From contig CAWFFU010000011.1 of assembly GCA_963815215.1 (NCBI GenBank), positions 1-64,000 of the forward strand: 64,000 bases of DNA, given 5' to 3'. Positions 18,913 through 29,456 of the stretch are shown here, piece by piece. Position numbers and translations under genes: made by a program. A model generated the notes under the pieces. It ran no database searches and was not told the DNA's origin. It saw only the letters and a list, made by a program, of their open reading frames with translations. Source of the stretch: an uncultured Trueperaceae bacterium. Its GTDB lineage: Bacteria > Deinococcota > Deinococci > Deinococcales > Trueperaceae. The stretch's first letter is position 1. Each line of letters begins with the position of its first letter.

Positions 18913-20229
18913 GTGACGCCCGGACAAGGCCGAAGCCTGCGAACAGGCGCGACCCGTGGCGGCCCAAGCGTTGAGACCTGGGTCGTTTCGATGCTCATGG
19001 CGCTCGTCCTCGCATCCGGTGCCGCCTGGGCACAGGGCGGTTCCACGAACGCCGCACCGCCGTTACAGATCGGCGTCATCCTGCCGCCCCAGACGAGCCG
19101 TGACCCATTGCAGGCCGCGGTCGCCACCTCCGCGCACCAGGGCACAGTCATGGCCGAGGACGAGCTCGGCCAGAACGCGGCCCTATTGGGTATGCCCTTC
19201 AAGACCATCGTCGAGACGGCATCGACGCCGGAACAAGCAACTGCCGCCGCGCAGACGTTGGTGAAGCAAGGCGTCGTGGCCCTCATCGGTGGCGGCTCCG
19301 ACAGCGCCGTCCTCGCCATGACGAAGGTCGCCGACAACGCGAAGATCCCACTGCTCAACATCCTGGCTCCGGCCGACAACTTGCGCAACCGAGACTGCAG
19401 CCCGTACCTCTTCGACATCGCGCCCAGCACGGCGATGGAGTTGGACGCACTGGAGGGATGGTTCGTCGGATCCGGCTTCCGCAGATGGGTGTTCGTCACG
19501 AGCGACGACGCCACCGGCAAGGCCATGGTGGATCGGGCGGAACAGGGCATGAAGCAGCGGCACTTCGCAGCCCAGGTCACTGCCGTGGTCAGGGTGTCTG
19601 CCGACCAGGTGAGCGCAGCGGCGACGCTACAGGCGGTGAAGAAGGGGACGCCGGACGTGGTGGTGCTGTTGCTCCCGGCACAGCAGCAGCTCGCCTTCGC
19701 GAAGGCCTTCGCCGGCGCCGGGATCGATGCGCAGCTCACGGGGCTGCCGTACCCCGCGGCTGAAACGCGCACTTTCTACAAGGCGTGGCTTGCGGCGACC
19801 GGTGAGTCGAAGGGGGCGTACCGGGCCGAGGCATGGGAAGCGACCCTCGACTCGTACGGCGCCACTCAACTCAACATGCGTTTCGAACAGCGGTTCCACG
19901 CTCCGATGGACGCCGCCTCCTGGGCGGCCTACCAGGGCATCAAGATCCTCTACGACACGTTCACGGCTGGCGGAGCCAAGACGTCCAACGCCATCGTCGC
20001 GTTCTTCGAGAACTCCACGACCGTGTTCGACGTCTGGAAGGGGATCGGCACCAGTTTCCGGCCCTGGGACCATCAGCTCCGCCAGTCACTCTTCCTCGCC
20101 CACCTCGAGAAGGACGGCTCCGTCACCCTCGTGGGGGAACTACCCGCCATCTACAGACCGGGCACCAGCCCGATCGAGCGCTTGGATCAGTTGGGGGATC
20201 TCAAGGGAACTTCACGATGCCACTTATGA
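18913..20229 (+). CDS. ABC substrate-binding protein of PQQ-dehydrogenase systems (PedA1-like)
   Basis: Signal peptide ...AAWAQ; type I PBP fold; SFRPWDHQLRQ and C-terminal LDQLG...C. Start uncertain (18913 or 18991). Confidence 0.75.
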   Translation: MTPGQGRSLRTGATRGGPSVETWVVSMLMALVLASGAAWAQGGSTNAAPPLQIGVILPPQTSRDPLQAAVATSAHQGTVMAEDELGQNAALLGMPFKTIVETASTPEQATAAAQTLVKQGVVALIGGGSDSAVLAMTKVADNAKIPLLNILAPADNLRNRDCSPYLFDIAPSTAMELDALEGWFVGSGFRRWVFVTSDDATGKAMVDRAEQGMKQRHFAAQVTAVVRVSADQVSAAATLQAVKKGTPDVVVLLLPAQQQLAFAKAFAGAGIDAQLTGLPYPAAETRTFYKAWLAATGESKGAYRAEAWEATLDSYGATQLNMRFEQRFHAPMDAASWAAYQGIKILYDTFTAGGAKTSNAIVAFFENSTTVFDVWKGIGTSFRPWDHQLRQSLFLAHLEKDGSVTLVGELPAIYRPGTSPIERLDQLGDLKGTSRCHL

Positions 20230-21350
20230 CGTCGATCGCGCGCCCCGGGAGGCCCATGGACATGAACCCTCATCCGTCACCCACGATCCCGCCTCGCGGC
20301 CGCGCTGCGCCTGCGACCCGCAAGCTCCTGAGGATTCTCGCGTTGGTGGCTGGTCTGGCGGCGTTCCCCGCCAGCCTGGTCCTGGCGCAGTCGTCGTCCA
20401 CCGACTACCGGATCTACGTGTCGAACGAGTTCGGCGCGGACATCACCGTCTTCGATGGGCACACCCTCCAGAAGATCGGCGACATCAAAGTGTCGGACCG
20501 GCCGGGCGACGTCCGGCCCCGCGGGATGGCCGTCAGCCCCGACGGGAACACGGTCTGGGCCGCCGTGAGCGACTTCAAGCCACAGCAGCAGAGCACCGCG
20601 GATCGACTGGCCGCGATCGACGTCAAGACGGACAAGATCATCGAGTCGATCCCGGCCGGCGTCAACCCCGAGCGCGTGGCTCTGAGCCCGGATGGGAAGC
20701 AGATCTGGGCCGCGCTGGAGGCTTCGGGGCAGGCGGGCGCGTACGACACGGCCACGGGCAAGGAGCTCGGCGTATTCCCGGTGGGCATCGAGCCGGAGGG
20801 GGTGGCGGTCAGCCCGGACGGCAAGTGGGCGCTCATCTCGTCGGAGACGTCGCATACCGTGGCGATCATCGATGCCAAGAACCTGAAGCGTGTGAAATTC
20901 CTGCTCGTCGGAAACCGCCCCCGCGTGATCCGCTTCTCACCGGACGGCAAGGTCGCCTACGTCTCTGCCGAGATCGGCGGCACGATCTCCGTCATCGACA
21001 TCGCCCAACAGAAGGTCATCAAGACGATCTCGCTCGGACTGGACTCGCGGCCTGTGGGAATGGCGGTGTCGGAAGACGGCACCCGCTTGTACGTGGCCGG
21101 CGGCGGCACCAACGCCGTCTACGCCATCGACACGGCGACGGACAAGGTGATCGCGACCATCAGTGACAAGATGGGGCGCCGCCCGTGGGGCATCGCCATC
21201 TCACCGGACGGCTCGACCATCTACACGGCGAACGGCCTATCGGACAGCATGTCGGTGATCGACGTCAAGTGCCTATGCGTCGTCAACAACGTCAGCGCCG
21301 GTCGCGGACCGCACTCCGTCGTGGTCGGCAGGGTCCCCAGTGGAAACTGA
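20226..21350 (+). CDS. YVTN beta-propeller protein of PQQ systems (PedA2-like)
   Basis: YVSNE, RPRGMAVSPDG, EPEGVAVSPDG, TSETSH-like SSETSH, GRRPWGIAISPDG, YTANGLSD repeats; signal peptide. Confidence 0.85.
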   Translation: MTSIARPGRPMDMNPHPSPTIPPRGRAAPATRKLLRILALVAGLAAFPASLVLAQSSSTDYRIYVSNEFGADITVFDGHTLQKIGDIKVSDRPGDVRPRGMAVSPDGNTVWAAVSDFKPQQQSTADRLAAIDVKTDKIIESIPAGVNPERVALSPDGKQIWAALEASGQAGAYDTATGKELGVFPVGIEPEGVAVSPDGKWALISSETSHTVAIIDAKNLKRVKFLLVGNRPRVIRFSPDGKVAYVSAEIGGTISVIDIAQQKVIKTISLGLDSRPVGMAVSEDGTRLYVAGGGTNAVYAIDTATDKVIATISDKMGRRPWGIAISPDGSTIYTANGLSDSMSVIDVKCLCVVNNVSAGRGPHSVVVGRVPSGN

Positions 21351-22407
21351 TCTTCGCCGCTTCCCGGGGCTCCGGGCCGTCACTGTTTCGCTCACCGTCC
21401 TGGCCCTCTCGATCGGAGGATCGGCGTGGGCGCAGGCGCAGCCGTTCCACGATCGCCCGATCCAGGTCGCGGCCGCGTACGGGGCGGAGCGCATGGGGGT
21501 TCGCTTCGAGGCTCTCGGCGCACTGCTCGACGCGACTGGATCGGCGGCGATCACGATCACGCCCGCAGATGCGGTCAAGGATGCTGCCGCCACCGCCAAC
21601 GCGGCCCTGAACGACGATTGGCCCCTGGTCCAGGCAACGCTGGCGAAGGTCGATCCGTCGCTGGCGACTTCCCTGCTCGATGCCCTGAAGGCGGTGTCGG
21701 CTGGTCCCAGACCGGACGTGGTCGGCCTGGCCGTGCAACGCGCCAACGCCTTGACGCAGCAGGCATTGCAGGCGCTGGAATGGGGGTCCGACCAGGGCCC
21801 CGCCGCGAGAGCGACGTTGGCCGCGCTCCTGCTGACGGGGCCGGGCGGCCTGGACGACAGTTACGACGCCGCGGCGGGGGACGGATCGTCTCTCGACACG
21901 GCCGTGGCGTGGGCGGCGTTGCAGCGGTTCCACAGGCTGTGGTTGACGCTCGCCCCGCTCGCCGACGCGAAGCAGGCCTCGGACATCAACGACGCCTTGG
22001 GGCAACTCATTCACCTCCTCCCCACAGCCACCCCCACGCGCAAACCCGACGGCGGCACATCGAACGACGTCGGGGACCACAGCACGCGCATCGTCGGTAC
22101 CTTGGAGTCCGTGATGAACGCGTCGCTCGTGCCCGACCGGGACCTGGCTGCACTCGCCGATACCGTGCAGCGGATCGCGACACAGGCGTGCGGCGCGGGC
22201 CATCCCGACGCAGCACAGGCTCTCGCGGTCACCCGCTTCTACTACGTGGGCTACCTCGAAGCGACCGCCTCGATGCTGGCTCCGGACGATGACAAGGCTG
22301 TCCTGGACGCCCTTGCTGCGCTTCGGAAGGGCTCCGCCGGTGCTGATATCACGTGTCCGCCGTTGCTCAAAGGTCTCGGCAATGTGACCACCGCGTTGGG
22401 AGGTTGA
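21340..22407 (+). CDS. Secreted alpha-helical repeat protein, unknown function
   Basis: Signal peptide ...SAWAQ; overlaps the upstream gene and abuts the ATPase; three similar helical segments. Confidence 0.7.
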   Translation: METDLRRFPGLRAVTVSLTVLALSIGGSAWAQAQPFHDRPIQVAAAYGAERMGVRFEALGALLDATGSAAITITPADAVKDAAATANAALNDDWPLVQATLAKVDPSLATSLLDALKAVSAGPRPDVVGLAVQRANALTQQALQALEWGSDQGPAARATLAALLLTGPGGLDDSYDAAAGDGSSLDTAVAWAALQRFHRLWLTLAPLADAKQASDINDALGQLIHLLPTATPTRKPDGGTSNDVGDHSTRIVGTLESVMNASLVPDRDLAALADTVQRIATQACGAGHPDAAQALAVTRFYYVGYLEATASMLAPDDDKAVLDALAALRKGSAGADITCPPLLKGLGNVTTALGG

Positions 22408-22412
22408 CGACC

Positions 22413-23207
22413 GTGCCGCCTGCCATCACCTGCCAAGGATTGGCCCGCAGCTTCGATGCGTTCGTCGCGGTCCGCGAAGTGAGCTTCGCCGTCGAGGAAG
22501 GTGAACTGTTCGGCCTGCTGGGACCCAACGGTGCGGGCAAGTCCACCACGCTGCACATGCTCACGACCGTGCTGGAGCCTAGCCAGGGCTCCGCTGCGGT
22601 GCTGGGGCACGACGTTCAGAAAGATGCCGCCGTCGTCCGGTCCCTCATCGGGATGGTGTTCCAGGAGCCGGCGCTGGACGAGCGCCTCACCGCGCGCGAG
22701 AACCTCGCCATGCACGCGGTGCTGTACGCCATCCCTAGGGCCGTGACACGCGAGCGCATCCAGCTGGCCCTGGAGTGGGCAACGCTCGAGAAGGACGGGG
22801 ACCGGGCGGTGCGCACCTTCTCGGGAGGGATGAAACGACGCCTCGAGCTGGCCCGCGCCCTCATGCACGATCCGAAGGTGCTGTTCCTCGACGAGCCTAC
22901 CGTCGGACTCGACCCGCAGGCCCGGCGCCATCTCTGGGAGAGCGTCCGCACCCTTCGGAGAGAGGGCCTTACCGTGTTCATGACGACGCACTATCTGGAG
23001 GAAGCCGAAGACTGCGACCACGTCGCCATCATGGACCACGGTGAGGTCATCGCGTTCGGATCGCCCGGCGAGCTCGAGGGCACGCAGGACCGCACCCTGG
23101 AGGACGTCTTCCTGGACCTGACGGGACGGGCGCTGCGCGACGAGGCGGCCACACCGCGGGCACGACTCCTTGCCTTCGGCAAGCGGGGCGGGGAGCACAC
23201 ACGGTGA
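22413..23207 (+). CDS. ABC ATP-binding protein (DrrA/PedB-like)
   Basis: GPNGAGKST, FSGGMKRR, LFLDEPTVGLD, TTHY. Confidence 0.9.
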   Translation: MPPAITCQGLARSFDAFVAVREVSFAVEEGELFGLLGPNGAGKSTTLHMLTTVLEPSQGSAAVLGHDVQKDAAVVRSLIGMVFQEPALDERLTARENLAMHAVLYAIPRAVTRERIQLALEWATLEKDGDRAVRTFSGGMKRRLELARALMHDPKVLFLDEPTVGLDPQARRHLWESVRTLRREGLTVFMTTHYLEEAEDCDHVAIMDHGEVIAFGSPGELEGTQDRTLEDVFLDLTGRALRDEAATPRARLLAFGKRGGEHTR

Positions 23208-24091
23208 GGGCGGCCGTCCAGGGCCCATCGCGCCCCGCACTGGATGTGCGGGTCGCGGCAGCGTTCTGGCGCCGCGAGATGCTCCGCTACTGGCGCGATC
23301 GCTCCCAACTCTTCGGCGGCTTCTCGCGCACGGTGCTGTGGCTGATCATCCTCGGATTCGGCCTGGGAGCAGCGCTCCGCCAGATCGAGGGGTACAGCTA
23401 CGCGCAGTACATCCTCCCCGGTGTCGTCACCCTGAACGTGCTCTTCGCCTCCCTGCAGTCGGCGATCGCGATCGTCTGGGACCGCGAGGTGGGCCTTCTT
23501 CGCGAGGTCCTCGTCTCCCCCGCACCGATGTTCTCGGTGGCGCTCGGCAAGGTGCTCGGCGGTGCAACCGTGGCCGTCGTGCAGGGCACCATCCCGCTGA
23601 TCTTCGCACCCATCATCGGGGTTCGTCTCACGGTGCCCAACGTGCTGCTCGCCTGGTGCGTGATGCTCTCGATGGGCGTTCTGCTCACGTCCTTCGGCGT
23701 GGTGATCGCCGCCCGGATGAAGACGTTCGAAGGGTTCGGAAGCATCTCCAACGGCATCATCCAGCCGCTGTACTTCCTGTCGGGCGCCATCTTCCCCATC
23801 CGCGGCATCATCGGCGGTGTGGGTTTCCTGTCCATCCCGGATCAGCTGCGGCAGGAGCTCCAGCGCTACGGCGTGTACTCGATCGGGAGCGGCTGGCTGG
23901 TTCAGCTTCCGATCTGGCTGCGGGTGCTGGTCTACGCCAACCCGGTCAGCTACGAGCTCGACCTGCTACGCACCGTGCTGCTCGGCTTCCGGCAGCTCCC
24001 AGGCATCGCCGACCTGAGCGTGGCGCTCGTCCTACCGCTGCTGGCAACAGGCGTGGCGGCGCGGGCCATGCGCCGCATGTACAAGCACTGA
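23204..24091 (+). CDS. ABC-2 permease (DrrB/PedC-like)
   Basis: YILPGVV, DREVGLLREVLVSP, FLSGAIFP, NPVSY. Confidence 0.88.
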   Translation: MRAAVQGPSRPALDVRVAAAFWRREMLRYWRDRSQLFGGFSRTVLWLIILGFGLGAALRQIEGYSYAQYILPGVVTLNVLFASLQSAIAIVWDREVGLLREVLVSPAPMFSVALGKVLGGATVAVVQGTIPLIFAPIIGVRLTVPNVLLAWCVMLSMGVLLTSFGVVIAARMKTFEGFGSISNGIIQPLYFLSGAIFPIRGIIGGVGFLSIPDQLRQELQRYGVYSIGSGWLVQLPIWLRVLVYANPVSYELDLLRTVLLGFRQLPGIADLSVALVLPLLATGVAARAMRRMYKH

Positions 24092-24131
24092 CGCGTCCGC
24101 GGGGCCGCCCCGTTGACCCGAGCGCCGTCGC

Positions 24132-27100
24132 CTATACTCCCCGCGCGGTCCCGGGACTCCGGCCACGCGATGCCCGGCCACGCCGGAGCATCGCCCACCA
24201 GGTCCGGAGCGACAGGTACCGTGCCGCCAGCTCTACCAGGAACACGCCCAGCGCGAGCAGGAGCCACAGGTCGGGAAGGAAGCGCGAGGTCAAGCGCCAA
24301 CCCGACCGGCCGGGCACCAATGGCTCCGGCCCGGTCAGGACGCGGCCACCCGTCGCGCCGGCGATGGCCTCGAGCAGGCCGGGTTGGTCCGCGCCCTGCG
24401 CGTACCTCGCCGGATAGGTGGCGACCAACAGGCCGGATGCCGGGGTCCAGGTTGTGGGTCCCGTGGCCCCGCCGGTCGGGCCGACCTGCGCTCGGTAGCT
24501 GCCTGCGCCGTCGATCGCGAAACCGCCCTCGTAGCTCCCCTGAGCCGCTTCCCGTAGGGTCACCGTCTGCTTGCGACCGTCGGGGCCGGTGACGGCCGCG
24601 GCGAGGCGAACGCCGGAGGCGGGCTCGCCGTTCGGTGCCACGGCCTGGACCTCGATGCGTCCCTCATCTCCCCGGCGCGTGAGGCGCACGTTGAGACCGG
24701 GGCGCGGAGCCTTGGAAAGGGTCCAGCGCACCGCCTGCGACCACAGCTTGGCGTAGATCGGGTCGTTCAGCCACGCAGCCGTCCACGGGCCTGCCGCCTC
24801 AGACGCGAAGGCGATCACCCGGCCCACGCCGTAGCGCCATGAGGCCAGCAACGGGGTACCGTCGGCCCCCGCGAGCGCCACGTTCGCCTGGGGCTTGACG
24901 GACGTCTGGACGTACCCTCCCAGCGGCGGAAGGGTGTCGGGGAGCCCTTCCAGGAAACTCGCCTTGCGATCGCCCCAGATGGGCTGGATGGACTCGCTCT
25001 TCACGGGGTTGGCCGAGAGCAGCAGGGCCTCCTGCGCCAGGATGCTCGGCAGCGCCTTGACATCGGTGGCGGCGTGGAACGCGCCCTTGCCCAGTGAGGC
25101 GATGTGCTGCAGGAAGCTCTTGTCCGCTTCCTCGCTGATGGAGACCGCGCTGACGGTGATGCCTGCCGCACGCATCTGGGAGATGATGCCCTCGAAATCG
25201 GCGGGTTGCGACAGCCCGTCGGACATCACGACGACGTGCTTCGTCATCGAGTCCACCCCCTGGAGCTCGTGCAGCGCCTCGACCAGCGCCGGGTACAGCG
25301 CCGTCCCACCCGCCGCCTGGACGGCGGCCAGCCGGCTCGACAGGTCGGTGAGGGCGCTCACCTTCTGCAGGGGCACGACCGGGGTGGCCCTGGTGTCGAA
25401 CACCACCACGCCCGTCAGGCTGGCAGGATTCAGGAGCTTGACGGCGTCCACCGTGGCGCTCTTCGCGATCGCCAGCCGCGACATGCCACCCACCTGCTGC
25501 TGCATGCTGCCGGAGCGGTCCAGCACGAACAGCAGCGCCACCTGAGGGGCCTGTCGGGGGATCTTGCTGGAGAGCGGTGACATGCGCTCGATCGGCGTGT
25601 TGAAGTAGCCGCCGGGCCCGAAGCTGTTGGCACCCCCAAGGATCAACAGCCCACCACCGTCGTCCCTCACCCAGGTCTCGAGCTGGGCCTGTTGTGTCGA
25701 GTGCAAGTCGATCGCCGGCACATCCATGAGGATGGCGGCGTCGTACGCGAGCCAGCCCTTGACGTCCCAGGGAGCGTTCGTGGGCGACACCACGTCGGCC
25801 TTCACGCCCTGCTCGGCGAGGGCGGCGACGAGCACCTTGGCGCGGGCTGGCGTCTCGGTCACGAGCGCGACCTTCGGCTCGGGGCGTACATCGACGACTG
25901 CGGTATTGCGGTCATTGGTCGCGAACGTGTCACTCGCGGCCTTGACCTCCATGGTGACCGTGTGCTCGCCACTCGTGTCAACAGTGAGCTTGGCCTGAAC
26001 GTCGTTGCTCCCCTGGGCGAGCTGTACGTTCCGCTGCTCCTTGAGGACTCCGTCCTGCAGGATGCGGAGGGTCGCCGGTTGCGGCGTCGCGCTGCGGACG
26101 ATCCCGTGTACCGTGAACGGCCCCTTCGGGTAGACGTCGGGCGGTGTCCGCACCGCCTCGACCGATGCGTCCCCGGTGCGTCCTGCCGCCACCGGCAAGA
26201 CGTCGATCGGGATCCTCCGCGCGCGGGCCTCGGCAAGGGCGTCACCCAGATCGCCACCCGCTGCGGCATCACTGGCGGCCACCACCACCCGCCCGCCCCG
26301 ACCGCGAGGCAGCATGCCCAGCGCGGTCCGGAGGGCGTCGCCGAGGTCGGAGCCTGGCCAGGTAGCGGCCGGCACCGACGCCGTAGGGCGCCACCGCGAG
26401 CCGAGGTCGGCCGCCACCGCGGGCTCGGAGCTCAGCGACACGACGCCCAGGCGGGTGTTGGCACCCGCGCTCCCCGCGGCCGCCGCGCGGAACGACCGAA
26501 GGGTCGACGAGGCCGGCGTAGGAAGCAGGCTCGGCTGGTCGGATATGAGCACCGCCTGATGGTCGTGCTCCGGCCAAGGAAGGGGAGGATCGACCAGGGC
26601 CAGCACCAGTAGCGCTGCCGCCGCGAGCCGCCACGCCCACACCGCACGCCACCGGAACGTCCGTCCCCGGCCACGGGAACGCTGGCCCAGGGGCGCGCCG
26701 GCAGCCAGCCAGGCCTCCGCCAACAGGACGAGCAGCGCCGCCGCCAGCAGGACCTTCCAGGTCGCCGGAAGATTCCGAGCGCCGGGCGCGGCCCCTGTTC
26801 CCTTCGACTGCAAGGCGGAGAAGGACGACCCCCAGGCATTGACCGCGACCGTTCGCCGGGCAGCGCCGTCCTCCACCGTGTACAGGCCTGGCTGACGGGG
26901 CCTGAACAGGGGGGCGAGACCCGCTGCGTACCACGCCTCCGGCGTGGCTCCCGACGCGGCTCCCGGGGTGGCTCGCGGCGTGACCCACGGATCGAGCAGC
27001 GGGATGGCCGCGCCGGTGGGGCCGTGCAGCTGCGCACTCGGACCGGCGAGACCGGGATCGAGCGGGCAGGCCTGGCCCGCCCGGCAAGGGGTCACGACCG

Positions 27101-28574
27101 CCCGGCCCAGATCCGGAGCCACCCACCGAACGAGATCGTAGACGAACGCAGGAAAACTCGTCAGCGTCGGCCAGTCGCTGTCCTTCAACGCGAAGGTGGT
27201 CAGCACCTCGCGCCCCTGAAGGGTGGTCCGGGCCTGGACCAGCGGGTGCCCCCCGGCCTGCAAGAGGACGTCGGCTCCCGGGAGTCGCGGCGCGACGTCG
27301 GCCCGCCTGACGTGGAGCGCGGTCCAGTCGACCGTCCGGCTCAGCGGATGATCGGGTAGCCAGGCGCTCGCCGTGGGCGCGGACACCGCGGCGCCGAAAG
27401 CGACCCCGGGCGGCGGCGCATCCAACCACCAGGTCGCCGTAGCGGGGCGTCGATCGACATGGACGCCGTCGACCACGACCAGAGCGTAGTCGGACACCGA
27501 GGGAGGCAAGCTCGCGGCGCGGTAGACCTTGACGCCGTCGATGGAGGTGAGGGCACGCTCTAGCGGGGCGTCGCCGGGTCCGACCTCCAGCACCTTGACC
27601 TGCAAGGGGCCCGCTCGCAACAGGTAATCGGCACGGTTGTCGCTGGCAAGGTCGTCCGCCGGAAGGCGCAGCTCGAGCGTACCGGGCGCAGGAAGCTTCA
27701 GCTCGGTCTGGAACGTCGCCCTGCCGTCCGTACCAAGATTCACGTCCAGCGATGTCCATGGCAGCATGCTGTCGGCTCCCCCGGTGCCGAACAAGACATC
27801 GACCTGGGTGCGGTCCAAGCTGCCCGCATAGCGGCGGACGGTCCCTGCGATCCGCCAGGTGCCGGATGCGGTCTGGGCTACGCTGACCGAATCCAGGCCC
27901 AGGTTCGAAGGGTGGGCGCCGGCGAACGAGATGCTGCGCACGCTCGCATCCCCGAGCGAGGAGGCAACAGCGGCGGTGGCGGCCTTCGCATCGGACGGGT
28001 CCGTGAGGATCGTGACGGCGGTGCGCTCTCCGCGGCGGACCAGATCCGGCAGGACCCGCCCTAGCTGCGCCCAGTCGGGGTCCGCCGCCGTCGGCGCCAG
28101 CGCCGACGCCGCTTTGCGCGCCGCGTCGAGCGACGTGAGCCGTGCGCCCAGCACCTCTGGGACCGCGCCCATCGCCACGATCGACACGCGCTCGCGCCGC
28201 CCTGAACCCACGAGATGCCGTCGCAGGCCCGACTCGAGGTAGCTCCGCGCGGCAGCGATGCGGCTCGGCGGTACGTCTCCGGCCTGCATGCTCCCGGACG
28301 CGTCCACCACCACGATCCAGTGGTCCGGGACGGGTCCCCCGAAGGTGGGGCGGGCCAGGCCCAACACCAGAAGCGTCAGCGCGAGGAGCTGGAGCAGCAG
28401 CAGAAGCGTCGGCACGGGCACTCTTCGGCTCGCACGCGTCGCCGGGACGCCCAGCACACGGGACCAGATCAGGATGCTGGGCACCACGACGCGCCGCCGA
28501 CGGCGGAGGTGCATCGCCAGGATGGGCAGCGCGAGAAGCTCGAGGAGTAACCACTCCGGGCGGACGAAGGTCAC
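24132..28574 (-). CDS. Giant BatA / VWA / GATase-like / VWA membrane protein
   Basis: BatA N-terminus (PILAMHL..VPSILIW..LLLQLLALTLLVLGLARP); MIDAS DASGSM and DRSGSM; GGGLLILGGANSFGPGGY; WRYGVGRV. Confidence 0.82.
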   Translation of the reverse strand: MTFVRPEWLLLELLALPILAMHLRRRRRVVVPSILIWSRVLGVPATRASRRVPVPTLLLLLQLLALTLLVLGLARPTFGGPVPDHWIVVVDASGSMQAGDVPPSRIAAARSYLESGLRRHLVGSGRRERVSIVAMGAVPEVLGARLTSLDAARKAASALAPTAADPDWAQLGRVLPDLVRRGERTAVTILTDPSDAKAATAAVASSLGDASVRSISFAGAHPSNLGLDSVSVAQTASGTWRIAGTVRRYAGSLDRTQVDVLFGTGGADSMLPWTSLDVNLGTDGRATFQTELKLPAPGTLELRLPADDLASDNRADYLLRAGPLQVKVLEVGPGDAPLERALTSIDGVKVYRAASLPPSVSDYALVVVDGVHVDRRPATATWWLDAPPPGVAFGAAVSAPTASAWLPDHPLSRTVDWTALHVRRADVAPRLPGADVLLQAGGHPLVQARTTLQGREVLTTFALKDSDWPTLTSFPAFVYDLVRWVAPDLGRAVVTPCRAGQACPLDPGLAGPSAQLHGPTGAAIPLLDPWVTPRATPGAASGATPEAWYAAGLAPLFRPRQPGLYTVEDGAARRTVAVNAWGSSFSALQSKGTGAAPGARNLPATWKVLLAAALLVLLAEAWLAAGAPLGQRSRGRGRTFRWRAVWAWRLAAAALLVLALVDPPLPWPEHDHQAVLISDQPSLLPTPASSTLRSFRAAAAGSAGANTRLGVVSLSSEPAVAADLGSRWRPTASVPAATWPGSDLGDALRTALGMLPRGRGGRVVVAASDAAAGGDLGDALAEARARRIPIDVLPVAAGRTGDASVEAVRTPPDVYPKGPFTVHGIVRSATPQPATLRILQDGVLKEQRNVQLAQGSNDVQAKLTVDTSGEHTVTMEVKAASDTFATNDRNTAVVDVRPEPKVALVTETPARAKVLVAALAEQGVKADVVSPTNAPWDVKGWLAYDAAILMDVPAIDLHSTQQAQLETWVRDDGGGLLILGGANSFGPGGYFNTPIERMSPLSSKIPRQAPQVALLFVLDRSGSMQQQVGGMSRLAIAKSATVDAVKLLNPASLTGVVVFDTRATPVVPLQKVSALTDLSSRLAAVQAAGGTALYPALVEALHELQGVDSMTKHVVVMSDGLSQPADFEGIISQMRAAGITVSAVSISEEADKSFLQHIASLGKGAFHAATDVKALPSILAQEALLLSANPVKSESIQPIWGDRKASFLEGLPDTLPPLGGYVQTSVKPQANVALAGADGTPLLASWRYGVGRVIAFASEAAGPWTAAWLNDPIYAKLWSQAVRWTLSKAPRPGLNVRLTRRGDEGRIEVQAVAPNGEPASGVRLAAAVTGPDGRKQTVTLREAAQGSYEGGFAIDGAGSYRAQVGPTGGATGPTTWTPASGLLVATYPARYAQGADQPGLLEAIAGATGGRVLTGPEPLVPGRSGWRLTSRFLPDLWLLLALGVFLVELAARYLSLRTWWAMLRRGRASRGRSPGTARGV

Positions 28575-29452
28575 CACAGGAACCCCGCAGACCGCCAATC
28601 GTGGAGCAATACGCGCGTCAGCGCGGCATCCGAGCGAACGCCGAAGTAGCGTCCGCCACGACGCGCGAGGGTCTGCGCGAGCTGGTCGCGCGCGGAAGCC
28701 AGTTCCGACCGGTAGCGATCGAACACATCGCGGTCCAGCGCAACGTCGAGCGGACTCTCGCCCCCCTCCGCGTCGAACAGGTGAGCGGCTCCGACGCCCA
28801 GCAATTCGGGGTCTTCCTCCTCGGGCGCCAGCACCTGGACCCCGGCCACCTCCTGCCCCGCCGCTTCCAGTAGGCGCACCACACCATCGGCGTCGTCATC
28901 CATCCAGTCGCTCACCACCACGACCAGCCCGCTCTGGGGCAAGCGGCCCGCAGCGGAGCGCACGGAGTCCAGCAGGCGCGTGACGCCGGAGGGCCGCCGG
29001 TGCTCGAGCCAGTTGAACAGCTCGCCCGCCCGTTGGAGGCCGCCCAAGCGGTGGAACCACGACACCCGGCCGTCGGCCAGCACACCCACCGTGACGGCAT
29101 CCCCTCCGGAGAGACCGACGTAGCTCAAGGCGGCGACCAGCGACGCCGCGAAGCGGTACTTCTCGGGCTCCCCGAACCCCATCGAGCCACTCGCGTCCAG
29201 CAGCATGGTGATCTCGATCGACTGGTGCAGTGAGAACAGCTTCACGTGGTGCTGTTTCAGGCGCGAGTAGACGTGGGAATCGAGGTAACGGATGTCGTCG
29301 CCGAACTGGTACGGACGGTGATCGGCGAACTCCATACCGGCCCCGTGCCTGCGCGAACGGCGGTCGCCGATGCCGCTGAACGGCTCGGCGTGCTGCAAGC
29401 GGATCCGGAGCCGCCCCAGACGTTGCTGAAGGTGGGGATCCAGGAGCGTCAC
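28571..29452 (-). CDS. DUF58 domain protein
   Basis: GMEFADHRPYQFGDDIRYLD, LDASGSM, VVSDW. Confidence 0.9.
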   Translation of the reverse strand: MTLLDPHLQQRLGRLRIRLQHAEPFSGIGDRRSRRHGAGMEFADHRPYQFGDDIRYLDSHVYSRLKQHHVKLFSLHQSIEITMLLDASGSMGFGEPEKYRFAASLVAALSYVGLSGGDAVTVGVLADGRVSWFHRLGGLQRAGELFNWLEHRRPSGVTRLLDSVRSAAGRLPQSGLVVVVSDWMDDDADGVVRLLEAAGQEVAGVQVLAPEEEDPELLGVGAAHLFDAEGGESPLDVALDRDVFDRYRSELASARDQLAQTLARRGGRYFGVRSDAALTRVLLHDWRSAGFLW

Positions 29453-29456
29453 GATC

